A stretch of 47,523 nt of DNA from Jimgerdemannia flammicorona (taxonomy: Eukaryota). The first letter of the stretch is position 1. The number at the start of each line of letters is the position of its first letter. Positions 35,900-47,523 of this stretch are shown piece by piece. The stretch is taken from the NCBI GenBank assembly GCA_003990765.1, contig RBNJ01000046.1, positions 1-47,523 of the forward strand. The letters run 5' to 3'. The notes beneath the pieces were generated by a model. That model searched no databases, was not told the origin of the DNA, and saw only the letters and a program-made list of their open reading frames with translations. The position numbers were made by a program, and so were the translations under genes.

Positions 35900-37973
35900 T
35901 GTAAGAGGATTACTTGTTAGGGTAACTATTATGTAGTTCTGAAAGAGTTTTCTGGAAGTTCTAGATATTCTGGAAGACTATTTTCTTAAGATCAAGATCA
36001 ATTTCATATAGAGTATATCCTCTACACTTATTGATTTCAAGATTAGGTTGATATCTCAACCAAAGTCCTTTTTCGGACTAGTTCTGGATGTTCAGGATTT
36101 TCCATATTTTAGGAAGTTCAAGAAACTAAGATCAGCTTAGTTGAATTGGCATATTGCTGCAGACAATACCCAATTAGGAATTTTCATGATGGGGTTAGGA
36201 GTAAGATCTAACAGGAAGTAGATTTACTTAAGAGTAGTTTGTGGATTATTAAATAGATTTATTTACTATTCATGATATTACTATATTAGGAGTAGTTGTA
36301 TGAAGGAATATTATGGGGAAGTATTTAGAAATGTTTTTGTATATTTGAGTCTAAGATTCTGAGATCTGGAAGAGGGGGTATTTATACCAGTGAGGAGCTA
36401 TCTGGACTATACTAAATATGGATATAATACTTAGTATCTTGTTGAGTCAGAATGCAGTTATGTAGTATAAGTGTGATCTGATATATAAAGGGATTATCTG
36501 ACTGCTGAGTCAGTTCATAGTCACATTGTATAAGGCTAATCTAACTATACTATGACTGCTAAGCTATCTATAGATTTAGATGCTATCTAGGTAGTCTTTG
36601 ATAACATCACTATTGATGGTATTATCTCTAATAAAGTAGTTATCTAGGAAGAGTTGTTTGCAGATTAATTCTCTCTGTTTACTGAGATAATAATATATTG
36701 AGACTTCATCACTATCTTACAGAATAGTATCATCTGTCTCATATACTGGGTAAGGTATTGGTGGGTAGAGAAGAGGTATGTCATCTTCACTTTTATCAGA
36801 TTTACTATCAGTATACCTTTTATAGGTAATGGTACTGTGAGTTATAGGGTTGTAATATGCTGGTAGTTGTGCTTCATATTGCTCATACTTGGGTGACAGA
36901 GTTGTTGGTTTGATCTTGAGAGTTGTCTGGAGATATAGGTTATATTCTTCTGTCTCTTCATTATAGTTGAAGTAATTAGAGATAAATGCAGGTTGATACT
37001 TATGCCAATAGTCATTATTTCAATAGATCTCATAGGTGGTTATGAACTGTTGTAAGTTCATCAGTAAGACTGATAGAGTAATCAGAATTGGTAGGGATCC
37101 TTAGCTTGAGGTCATGTCAGTATCAGAGAGATTATTATCTTCTACTTCATTATCATCAAATCAGATTATATCATAGACATCCTTCATGGCATATTCAACT
37201 TAGAGTATTTGTAGGATGTGGTTATCAGGGTACAGGAAGGTTCTATCTGTGGTCTGAATATACTTGATATATATACTTATAGTTAAGTTCTTGTATCATG
37301 TCATTGATTTGGCCATAGGACAGAGTGACAACTATTTCAGTAGTAGTAACTCAGAGGTGGGGAATAAAGGTGTTATACTTATAGAAGAGTTCTTGATGTT
37401 TGTAGGCAATAAGTTTCTGATATTAGGATATCTAGGTAATGTCTGTATTATAGTGGTGTTCAACCATGTCTTCTAGGAGGCAGCCAATCTGGTAGTAGCT
37501 TGAGATTTGTCTAATTCAGTGAGTCTCACTAAGTATGTTCAGGGTATTCCATTGGGTTTCCATAAAGTAGAGGGGTGCTAGGCTATAGATATTTATGAGG
37601 GGCAGAGGGGGTGTAGCTCAGTTGACAATAGTATTCCAAATGTCAGCATGGATACAGTTGTAGATCTCAGTGGTCATATTTGTATATATTCAAGAGTTGG
37701 GATTATTTGTTTGGTTTATTTTGGTTCTCTGTTTTGACATATCTTGGTGCTCAGTATATATATATTTGGTCTTAATTGATAAGATTCTGTTTGTATAAAT
37801 CTTGTGTTCTGTAACTTTATATTGACTCAGCTTTGTGTACTGTAACTTTGGTTTAACTCAGCTTTATGATCTTACAGGTGATTTTTAGATTTTTTCAGAG
37901 GTTATATGTGATTTTAGTGGCTTGTTCAGAGGGTGACATATGATTTCAGTGACTTGAAAGTTATGCACTTATA
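35900..37973 (-). repeat. Putative 2074-bp 3' LTR of chromovirus element C
   Basis: Ends TGTAAG (35900) and CTTATA (37968-37973, mutated CTTACA). Minus-strand PPT AAGAAGGGGAGAG at 37975-37987 abuts it. Minus-strand TATAAATA at 36379-36386; two ~31-bp tandem duplications at 37809-37870 and 37894-37956. The partner LTR is outside the window. Confidence 0.65.
36576..37740 (-). pseudogene. Decayed ~388-codon orphan ORF inside the putative LTR of element C
   Basis: ATG at 37740; readable frame MSKQRTK...SYYQIGCLLEDMVEHHY...HQELFYKYNTFIPHL...; one frameshift near 37270; a stop-free stretch of ~100 codons from 37019 to 36720; 11 internal stops by manual count. Confidence 0.55.
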
Positions 37974-38404
37974 ACTCTCCCCTTCTTAGCTTTCGACATC
38001 CTCATCAGGGCCTTCTAGTTTTGTTCTAGTATTGTTACACCATTTGGATGGTCAAAAGTCTGATAAAGTCCATTTTTCTCAGAAAGTAACATGCTTATAG
38101 TACAGTTGCCTAATATATTAAATTCATATATTAAAGGGTCATGTGTTCAATACCATATATCAGAAGTGATTCTGATGTCATTTACTACTGGAGAATTTTC
38201 TCTAAGGAATCTTCTTAAATATCTATGCCTCATTTCTCACCAGTAGTATGGAGAGAATAGACTGACTTTCAGTTTTGCTATTTTTCTAGAGAGTTAGTAT
38301 TCTTTTGTCTTGACTTGATGAGTTCTTGATTTTGTTCATGATAATTATAATGTTTAAGAAGATAATATATAGTATATACTAATAGATACAGAAGTATTCA
38401 GGTT

Positions 38405-39800
38405 TCAGTTATTCAAAGAATCATATTCTTGAACTAAGTCAGTAGTATTCTGGAGGTTAGTCTTGAGTTCCCATGTTGTATCATAGATTGAATAACCTTT
38501 TTATTTGACAAAGTACTCAGGATGGTTCTTATGACTATGTTTATTGAGAATTTATTCAATTTCATATTCTTCATGATCAAGGTGTAGGTGGTTCTATAGT
38601 TTAGTTCAGGAATAGCTTGTCATTGTTTTCATTATATTGCTTAAGATATTAGACATTGAAGACTGGGTAAACCTTAATGGTATCTAGTAGTGCCAATTTG
38701 TATGAGATTAGAGAGACTTGTGCAATAACTTTAAATAGTCTAATAAACTTACTGTTCAGCTTTGTAGATGGTCTGTGCTTGAGGTTGTCAACTCAGTATC
38801 CTCAGATGTCCAGTAGGATTTTTTCTCCAATGTTAAAAGTTTTCTCTTAATAGTGCTAGTTAATATACTATTAGTGCTCCCAATGAATTGAATCGAATCA
38901 AATTTGGCCCAAACTCGATTCGATTTGATCAAATCAAGAGTCCAATTCAATTCAATTCAAATCAAATCAAAGGTCCAATTCTATTCAAAGTTTGATTTGA
39001 ACCTTAATTTTCAAAATGTAATAACTCGACGAAAATTCATCTAAATTTAACGTATTTTAGTATGTTAGATTCATCATATTAATGTGATTCTAATAAGTTA
39101 AAGTACATTAGATTTGGATGAGTTTACGCTGAGTTATTACATTTTGAAAATTAGGGTTTGAATTAGACTCTCAATTCAATTCAACTTTTGATTCAATTCA
39201 AATTGATTTGAATTGAAAAATCCCCAATTCGATTTGACTCATTTAACTCTCAATTCGATTCGATTCAAATTGATTTGACTCATTTGAGAGCACTATATAC
39301 TGTAACTATTGTTCTTGAGCTTATGATAAATTTTTAATTGCAATCTGGCTTAGATTGTACATTCAGAGCAAGAATTCTTCAATGGCTTCAACTGTGGAGG
39401 ATTCATCAGTAGTTCACATAAGTGTTAGAGGGGTGTTTAGATTTTGTTCTGTATTGGTGAAGAATGGAGTCATTCTAAGAGAGGTTTGCTTGCTGTTATT
39501 GTAGACAAACTCAACAGCAGTAAGGTATTCATGCCAATCATCTTGTCTGTAGGAAATATAGTTCCTTAGTATTTGTTTCAGAGTTTGGTTCATTCTTTCA
39601 GTTTAGCCATCAGTTTTAGGGTAGAAGGCTATGGATAGTACAAGTTTCATTCCAAGGTATATATAGAGGGCTTTCCAAAAATAGCTGGTGAATTTCAGGT
39701 CTCAATTGCTAACAATAATCTTAGGAAGACTATGATAGTAAAAGATATTGTCAAACAAGAGTGTAGCTATGTCTGGTGCTATTGCAGTAGTAGTAGTTGG
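38405..39800 (-). mobile_element. Integrase and chromodomain of chromovirus element C (split by MITE 1, cut at 39800 by the LINE)
   Basis: APDIATLLFDNIF...LPKIIVSN*DLKFTSYFW; FYPKTDG*TERMNQTLKQILRNY; chromodomain EYEIE*IL...YFVK*KGY...TTWE..NL. Clearly a different family from A/B. Confidence 0.85.
38872..39295. mobile_element. hAT-type MITE copy 1 (424 bp)
   Basis: TIRs TAGTGCTCCCAA / TTGAGAGCACTA; 8-bp TSD TATACTAT (38864-38871) / TATACTGT (39296-39303); subterminal AATCG/AATTG/AATCA pentamers; central palindrome. Confidence 0.9.
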
Positions 39801-41471
39801 CCAATAGCACACCTTTCTCTGGTACAATTCACATTACACCAACTTCAAGTAATGGTTTTCAACACAACTCAGAGAAAAGGTATTATAAAAATATCATTGA
39901 GCAAGAGTTCCAATAGATGTGCTGGGTCAGGTAGACCCAGGACATTCAGTTGGCAGACTGTGGGAAGAGGTTATAGACTGGGGATGGGGGTCTTTGGAGG
40001 GTTGAAGGGTGGAGAAGGCTCTGGAGGAGGACTGGTATCAGGTGGAACTGGAGGAAGGCCTGGCCCCTCTAGCTTTGTAGACAAGATGAAGGTGAGTGGA
40101 TGGCCAGCTGGAACTAGAGCTGGTGCTGCTGAGGAGAAGAATAAGGCTAGTGCTAGGAGGGGGAGTAGTACTCAGGCTGGGGATGTGAGCATAGGTGCTA
40201 GAGGTGCTGTGGCTGAGAGAGTAACTATTGATGAGAGTATAATAGGGAATCAGGAAAAAAAAAGAGATATGACCAGGTGGGGCAGGGGTTCTCAAAGTAG
40301 AAGGGGGACCTGATAGTGGCACCATTGCTCAAGAAGTCAATCTCAGAGTTTGTAGCTACTTTGTGCTTCTAGGGCTTGGCAATAATGGTGAGGATGGTCC
40401 TGGGGATTATCTCAAAGCAAGTGGCTGGAGCTATCTTGGTGAAGTTCCTGAAAGGTCTGGAGGGGGTTGAGGTGGGCTTTGAGGATGCAGGCCCACTGAA
40501 AGAGGCTTTGAAGTCTGGAGTGGCAGTAGGGGAGGTAGTGGTCTCTATAGTGCAGTGCTTGAGGTGAGACCCCAGGATAGCATAGTTATTAGTAAAGGGG
40601 GTATCCACAGTGATGAAAAATGAGACTAAGAGGAGAGTGGAGGAGGTGATGGCAAAATATAGTGATGTAGTGGATATTGGTTTCCAGATATGGAAGGAGA
40701 CTACCTTCAGGATGGATGATATAGATGTCAGAATTAGACTGACTAGGAGAGAGACCACAGGGAAGATGAGTGACTGGTCCTTAATGATAATGTGGGGGGC
40801 TTTTGTCTGTAAGGTGTCAAGGGTAAAAGGGAGTGAAGAGGAAGAGGAGAACTTGTTAGAGGCTCTAGAGGAGTTAAGTGGTGCTGTTGAGAAGAGGGTG
40901 AAGGCCTAGAAGTTGTATGTAGAGTTAACATATCTGGAGATTATTGATGAGAAACATATTTGCACTGACAAGAGGTAGTGGGAGAGGGCTCAAGGATATA
41001 GGAGACAGAGGAAGCTGCTGGCAAGCATGGAGGAAAAGGCAAAGATGAAGGCTGAGGGTACTGAAAAGTCTGAGGGGATGGAGGTAAGTATCTGGGCTAG
41101 CAAGAGAGGAGGAGATGTAATGGAAGGCCTGGAGGGAGCTAGAAAGATGCTGCACAAGGACCCATTTGCTGATGACACATTTGAAGTCTGAGAATTGGTC
41201 TTGGATGACACTCCCTCTCTGGTCTAGTGGGATTCAGCTGCAAGAAGTTGGGTGGTAGAGGATGAGCTGATGAGGGGCACTCAGAGGATATATTTTAGGG
41301 TTCCTGATATATTAAAAGGTAGACAGGTGGTGGCAGTTGGTGAGGATGAGCTGGTGGATGTCCCAGAGGAGAGATGGGATGAGACTGCTAGTGTAGGGGT
41401 CAATATTATGATGCTGGATATAGGTAGGCCAGGGATACCAGGAGGGAAGAAGGTGGGGAACCTGCTGTAGA

Positions 41472-41854
41472 TAGTGCTCCCAAACAAGTTGAATCAATTC
41501 GAATCGAATCGAATTGAGGGTTAAACGAGTCAAATCGAATTGGGGATTTTTCAATTCAAATCAATTCGAATCAAATCAAAAGTTAAATTGAATTGAGGAT
41601 CTGATTTGAACCTTAATTTTCAAAATGCAATAACTCAGTGTAAACTCATCCAAATCTAACGTACTTTAGCTTGTTAGAATCACATTAATACAGTGAATCT
41701 AACAAGCTAAAATACGTTAAATTTAGATGAGTTTTCGTCGAGTTATTACATTTTGAAAATTAAGGTTTGAATCGAACTTTGAATCAAATTGGACCTTTGA
41801 TTCAATTTGAATTGAATTGAATTGGACCCTTGATTTGATTCATTGGGAGCACTA
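41472..41854. mobile_element. hAT-type MITE copy 2 (383 bp), inverted relative to copy 1, inserted in LINE ORF1
   Basis: Perfect 12-bp TIR TAGTGCTCCCAA / TTGGGAGCACTA; perfect 8-bp TSD GCTGTAGA (41464-41471 / 41855-41862). Confidence 0.93.
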
Positions 41855-44228
41855 GCTGTAGATGAGCAAGATGATGGATAACCTTGTAGCTGAGGAGTTG
41901 GGGGAAGTGGACCTGTGAGTGATAAGTGAGGAGTATTGCATAGAGATTCTGTATGGAGAGAGAGTGGTGGGGGTACTGAAGGCAGAGATCCTTGTGATTT
42001 TCCTGGAGGAAGAGAGATATGAGGTAGATAAGGAGAGGGAGGTAGAACTGGCAGTTATTGCTAGTGAGCAGGCTGCCTACTATTGGGTAGAGTATCATGG
42101 TTTACAACTCTGGCAAGAGGCATACCTAGAGTATTGAGAGGACTTTGAGGAAAAAGAGGATGGGGTGATGGCTGAACTTCTGGTAGGATTAGAGGTATAG
42201 GCAGCTGAAGAAAAGGTACTGACTGCAGAATATAACTTAGACTTAGTATATATAAATTTATAGAGATTGAGATTAATAATTAATATTATTCTTTATGAAC
42301 AGTATAACTAATATTTTCTCTCTAAATGTAAATAGGTTATAGGGATCTGGGCAGTATAAGAACATTTTTACTTAGCTTAAGAGATTGGAGGCTGATCTCT
42401 TTTTACTATAGGATATATGGTGTGGGGATGAGGAAGATTGAGTAGAGTGGACTAGAGAATGGAGAGAAGCTACTGCTTGGAGTGACAAAGTGACAATTCT
42501 GGTGAAGAAGGGTAAAGGAGATTTGGGTGGAATCAGGAGCTGGGGTAATCATTTGGTCTGGGGAGAATGATATTGACCTGGGTGGGAATCAATGTGGGTT
42601 GGCTCCTACTACTGCCCTGTAGTTAGAGGTGAGTGGATTGAGTAGATTAGGGATCTTTTAAAGGAGGGCATTCTCTTGGAAGAAGGCATCAATATTCTGG
42701 GAGGTGATTTTAATATGGTGTGGGATCCAAGGTTAGATAGAACTAATGGAGAGAGGAGTGTAGGTAGGAGGAGTGGTGGTCTGGATAAGTGGGAGAAGGT
42801 GGAGAACCTTAACTCCTTAGGAGATATGGACAGAATACAGTGGGGCAATACAAGAGTCTATATGCATTGGGTGAATGGACTGGGTATAAGGATTGACTGG
42901 ATTCTGATGGCCAAATATTGGGGTGTTGATGTTTGGAGGACTCTAGAGGTAGAGTGGTGCCCATGGTCTAATCACTAAAGGTTATTGAGGCAGGGGCAGT
43001 TTGGGGAGAGTAGAGATGAACTTGGATATTGGTGCCTTAACTTCTCTCTACTGGCTGAGAAGGTGTTGTGAGACTTATGGATAGAGGACATTCAAGCAAA
43101 GATTATTAACTGAACACATAAAAGTTCATCTGTGGGTGTCCATTAGATGAGATTAAAGGAGGCTATAAGGGTTTATTGGGGAGGAGCTGGTAGAGAGGCT
43201 GGGAGGCAGAGAAGGAAGTAAGTAAGGTGTGCTTCTAATAGGCTGATTATATTGTAGATGAAATGGGCAGATTTGCTTTCTTCCAATGAGATGGAGAATT
43301 GGAGGCTAGAGAGGGCAAAATTGGAGATAGTGGAGCTGCAATAGATTTTAAGAGAGGAGGAGGAGATTCATATGAAAGAAATGGCTACCAGACTATGGTG
43401 GCAGGAGCTTGAGGAGGGAGAGCAGCCTACTAGGTACTTGTCTAGGCTCCTCTAAGCTAGGAGGATATGATATTGATGGGATGGAGTCTTTGATACTGAG
43501 GGAGAAATGGTGCATGGCACACAACAGATCTTAGGAGTACTGAAGGAGAGATAGAGGGGTCTATGGAGTGAGGAGGAAGAGGGTGCAGTTGAAGAGGTGA
43601 TTGGAGACATACTGGAGGAGTGAGAACCACTACAAGTAGAGGGACTTGGTGACTTGATCATACTGGTCCAAGAGGAGGAGATCTAGAGAGTTCTTGCAGC
43701 AACTGAACTTAGGACAGCACTAGGAGAGGATGAGTTACCTTGGGACTTCTGGAAGAAGATGGCAAAGGTCCCTGGAGTGTTAGGAGAGATGGCTGCTCTC
43801 TGTAACCATGTTCTTCTAAATGGTACATAGGTTGGAGAGCAGGACTTAGGGCTGGTGGCCTTATCATACAAAGACAAGGGGAGGAGGGAGGACTGGAAGA
43901 ACTGGAGACCAATCATACTTCTAGATATGGATAGGAAGATAGTGACTAAGGTGATTATTACAAGGCTACAGAAGGTTGCCCAATAGGTACTGGGTGAGGA
44001 CAGGGCTTTGTTGAAGGCAGACTTATCAGAGATGAGACTGCCTGAGTGTACAGCATCATTGAAGAGATATGAGCTTGTGGACTGGATAGAAGACTGGTCT
44101 TTTTGGACCAGGAGAAAGCCTATGACTATATTAGATGGGTATTGCTGGGCAAGGTGCTGGATAGAATTAGTGTTCTCTCATGATTTTGAGCTTCTATATT
44201 AAATCTGTTGGAGGGCAGTAGGGCTGTG

Positions 44229-45716
44229 AGAAATGGTGTTAGGGAATAGGCTAGTGGGAGGGGATGTCATTGAAACAATTGTCCCCACAGGAGAGATGGT
44301 GTGGTATTTGGACATCTTTCTTTCTATATGTAGATCTGCCTTGCCATAAGTATGGTGGGAGAGAAGAGTGGCCATTTGGGGAGAGGCTCTTAGAGATTGG
44401 GGGGGTTGTCACATCTCCCTGGCAGAGCAGGTGTCAATTCTGAATGTCTACTGGTTTCCCAAGCTATGGTATGTGGCCTATCACTTAGACTTCCCAGCTT
44501 GGGTGGTAAAGAGACTGATGAAACTGGTTAGAGATTGGATTTGGACAGAGAGGAGGTCCCAGATCAGTTGGGATACTCTTGTAATACTGATGGTTAGGAG
44601 TGGACTAGATCTTGTGGATTTCCCTAAGCAGCTGTACTGCCTGTGGGCTTGGTGGTTGAAAAGGGCTATTGAACTACAGGGAGGTAGTTGGGTGCCGCTA
44701 ATGCAGAAGATGTGGGAGATGAGGTTCTCTCCTCAGGGGTTCTTAGGAGATTTGCTCTCTCTGGTGGGTCTGACTGGATGCTGATAGCTATGGTATAAGG
44801 GCTTCTGGTGAGAGGTGGTGGATGGAGCACACCAGATAGGCCTGCACTGATGAGGTAATGAAGGGGAGGTGCTGTGGGGTCCAGCTATGTAGTGATGAGA
44901 CAGACTCCTTCTGGGGGGCGTTCTGCTTACTGAGTTTGATATTAGTGATGGAGTGGAGTATCAGCGGGGTCTTGGCCAGAATCTTTGGCCAAGTAGTTAG
45001 CAGGCTGTAGGGATTGGTGAGGAGTGGGACTGGGCAGGAGTCTGGTCATAGAGTGCTGAGGTGTGGTGGTAGCTTTCTCCCAAGTTCTGGGTAGTATGGT
45101 GGCAGATGCTGAGGAGGAATGTCATGTTAAATTTCTATACTGAGCATCTAGTAGAGGGTGGCTGATTAGATTGTGAGGAGTGTTATAATATAGGGCAAGT
45201 TGGGGGATTTGTGCAAACACCTAAACATTGGCTGGGAGAGTGTGAGGTTCTGGGGGACTTTTGGATAGTAGTAGGGAATTAGCTGGGTATAGAGAGGAGA
45301 CCAGATAGAGAGAGAGATCACTGGGAGGATTTGAAATCTTGGCTAGTGAGTGGTGTGGGCAATGGTTGGCTCACTGTAGGGTGGGTTTTAGTAGTATAGA
45401 TAGGACTGGCTGGACATTAGCTCTTTGTTTTTAAGGAGAGGTGACAGATAGGTTTACAGGAGAAGTTGTTAAGGTGGGAGGAGTTGATGGGGGATCTGCT
45501 GACTGAGTGGTGGGTGGGTTGGGGTCCTCAGGGTGGTAAATGTTGCCACCTGGTGGAAGGAATTTGTGAATAGAGTGGTGGGCAGATAGAGATGGTGTTA
45601 GACAAAGTAGTCTTTTATTGAGTAAGGGGCCCCCCTAGGGGGATTGGATAGGGTTGGGCATTGTATATTATTTAGAAGATAGATGGTATATTAATAAAGG
45701 AAGAAGTCTAAGTGAC

Positions 45717-45756
<40 letters not shown>
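44229..45756 (+). mobile_element. 5'-truncated LINE copy of the same family, inserted in the host LINE RT
   Basis: Homologous to ~46065-47523; AATAAA at 45693-45698; poly(A) at 45720-45756; flanked by the 18-bp direct repeat GAGGGCAGTAGGGCTGTG (44211-44228 / 45757-45774). Confidence 0.92.
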
Positions 45757-45760
<4 letters not shown>

Positions 45761-47523
45761 GCAGTAGGGCTGTGCTGATATGTAATGGTCACCAGGGTTT
45801 GGCTTTTTCCTTAGGAAGAGGAGTTCCTCAGAGAGACCTGCTGTCTCCTATCCTTTATACCCTTTCATTGGAATCTTTGATGGATAGGATATGTATGATA
45901 GAAGGTGGCTGGGCTCTTTATGTATAGTATAGTGTGGAAGATGGGGGTCTTTGCAGATGATATGATAGTTGGACTTGGATCAGTGGCAGATGTTGAGGCA
46001 CTTAAGGATATGGTGGAATGGTATGAGGCACACTCTGGGGCAAAACTCAACTGGCATAAGTGTGAGACAATGGTTTTGGAGAATGGGCTAGTAGGAGGAG
46101 ATGTTATTGGAACAATTGTCTCTACAGAAGAGGTAGTGCAATATCTGGGTATCTTTCTTTCTATATATGAATCTGTTTTGCCATAAGTGTGGTGATAAAG
46201 GAAGGTGGCCATATAGAGGGAGGCCCTTAGAGATTGGGGAGGTCACCACATCTCCCTAGTGGGTCAGGTATTGATTTTGAATGTCTACTGATTCCCCAAG
46301 CTATGGTATGTAGTCTATCACTTAGACTTTCCAGCTTAGGTAGTGAAGAGACTGATGAAACTGACTAGAGATTAGATTTGGACAGGGAGGAGCTCTAGGC
46401 CTTGTGGACTTTTCTAAGAGACTGCACTGCCTACAAGCTTAGTGGTTGAAAAGAGCTGTTGAACTGCAAGAAGGGGGTTGGGTGCCACTGATGCAGAAGG
46501 TGTAGGAGATGAGATTCTCCCCTCAGGAGTCATTAGGAGATTTGCTATCTCTGGTGGGTCTGGATGGAAGCTGACAGATGTGGTATAAGGGCTTCTGGTG
46601 GAGGGTGATAGATGGAGTACACTGCATTGGCCTATGTTAGAGAAGCAATGAGAGAGAGATACTGTGGAGACCAGCTATGTGGAGATGAGACAGATTGCTT
46701 CTGGGGGGCATTCTACTTGCTGAGTTTGATATTAGTGATGGAGTAGAGTATCAGTGGAGTCTTGGTCTGGATATTTAGCCAAGTAGTTGGCAGATAGTGA
46801 GGATTGGTGAGGAGTGAGACTGGGCAGGAGTCTGGTCATAGAGTGCTGAAGTGAGGAGATGGATTCCTCCCAAGTTCTGGATGGTATGGTAGAGGATACT
46901 GTAAAGGAATATTATGTTGAATTTCCATACTAGTCATCTGATGGATGGTGGCCATCTAGATTGTGAGGAGTGTTATAATATAGGACAAGTTGGGAGTTTT
47001 GTGCAGATATCAGAACATTGGCTGGAAGAATGTGAAGTTCTGAGGGACTTTTGGATAGTAGTGGGAGATCAGCTGGGTGTGGAGAGAAGGCCAGATAGAG
47101 AGTAAGGGCACTGGGAGGATTTTAAATCTAGACTAGTAGATAGTATGGGAAATGAATAGCTCACTGTAGGGTGAGTTTTAGTTATTTAGGTAGGGCTGGC
47201 CAGATACTGGCTCTTTGTTTTTGAGGAGAGGCAATAGATAAGTCTGCAAGAGAAGTTGTTAAGATGGGAGAGGTTGATGGGTGATTTATTGTCAGAGTGG
47301 TGGGTAGGCTGGGGTCTCCAGGGTGGGCATTATTACCATTTGGTAGAAGAGATATATGAACAGAGCAGTGGGCAGGTTATGTTGGTTAATAATCTTATGG
47401 TCTTTAATTGAGAAGGAGTAGAAGGAGGAGGGCCTCTAGGGGGATTGGATAGGGGTGTGCTCAATGTATTTATATAGGATAGATTGGTGTATTAATAAAG
47501 AAAGGAGTCCAAGAGACTATAAA

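Larger units (their letters stand above)
39801..47523 (+). mobile_element. Near-full-length L1/Tx1-like LINE (ORF1 from ~39852, ORF2 from 42295), degenerate, ending in poly(A) at the window edge
   Basis: APE motifs IFSLNVN, ILGGDFN, RIDWIL, WS(N/D)H; RT KNWRPIILL, LDQEKAYD, RGVPQ(R/G)DLLSPILY, FADD; C-terminal CEEC-x11-H-x4-C; AATAAA at 47494-47499 followed by A's. The 5' boundary is approximate. Confidence 0.9.

Noticed and set aside
38880-39290. Pentamer repeats as a CRISPR array, telomere or satellite
   Set aside because: They lie inside TIR- and TSD-bounded MITEs.
44200-44300. Internal RT deletion in a first LINE followed by a tandem second LINE
   Set aside because: The 18-bp direct repeat and the resumption of RT at 45775 show a nested insertion instead.
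1-47523. tRNA or rRNA genes
   Set aside because: None recognised by eye; tRNAscan-SE and Infernal were not run.

Overview
Eukaryotic genomic DNA, probably fungal. The intron-rich genes, long poly(A/T) runs and fungal gene families suggest an early-diverging, Mucoromycota-like fungus; this is inference only. The window has two sharply different halves. Bases 1 to ~23.5 kb are CpG-rich gene space: a frameshifted GRDP/DUF1399-like gene, an intronless F-box/LRR gene with a decayed LRR neighbour, a complete 18-exon MOT1/BTAF1 gene (~1946 aa, probable GC-AG first intron) and small repeats. From ~23.5 kb to the end is an almost CpG-free, multi-level nest of transposons. An old gypsy RT fragment hosts a chromovirus with a dUTPase between the Gag zinc knuckle and the protease (element A, TSD GATTT). 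A second copy of that family sits inverted inside A's gag (element B, TSD AGATT). A different chromovirus (element C) has a ~2.07-kb putative LTR containing a decayed ~388-codon orphan ORF. There are also two hAT-type MITEs with 8-bp TSDs and an L1/Tx1-like LINE carrying a 5'-truncated copy of itself (18-bp TSD). The TE copies are hypermutated by C:G>T:A transitions (31 of 32 differences between A's LTRs), including non-CpG sites. Best candidates for new biology: the dUTPase chromovirus with betaretrovirus-like gene order, the LTR-encoded ORF and the RIP-like mutation signature.
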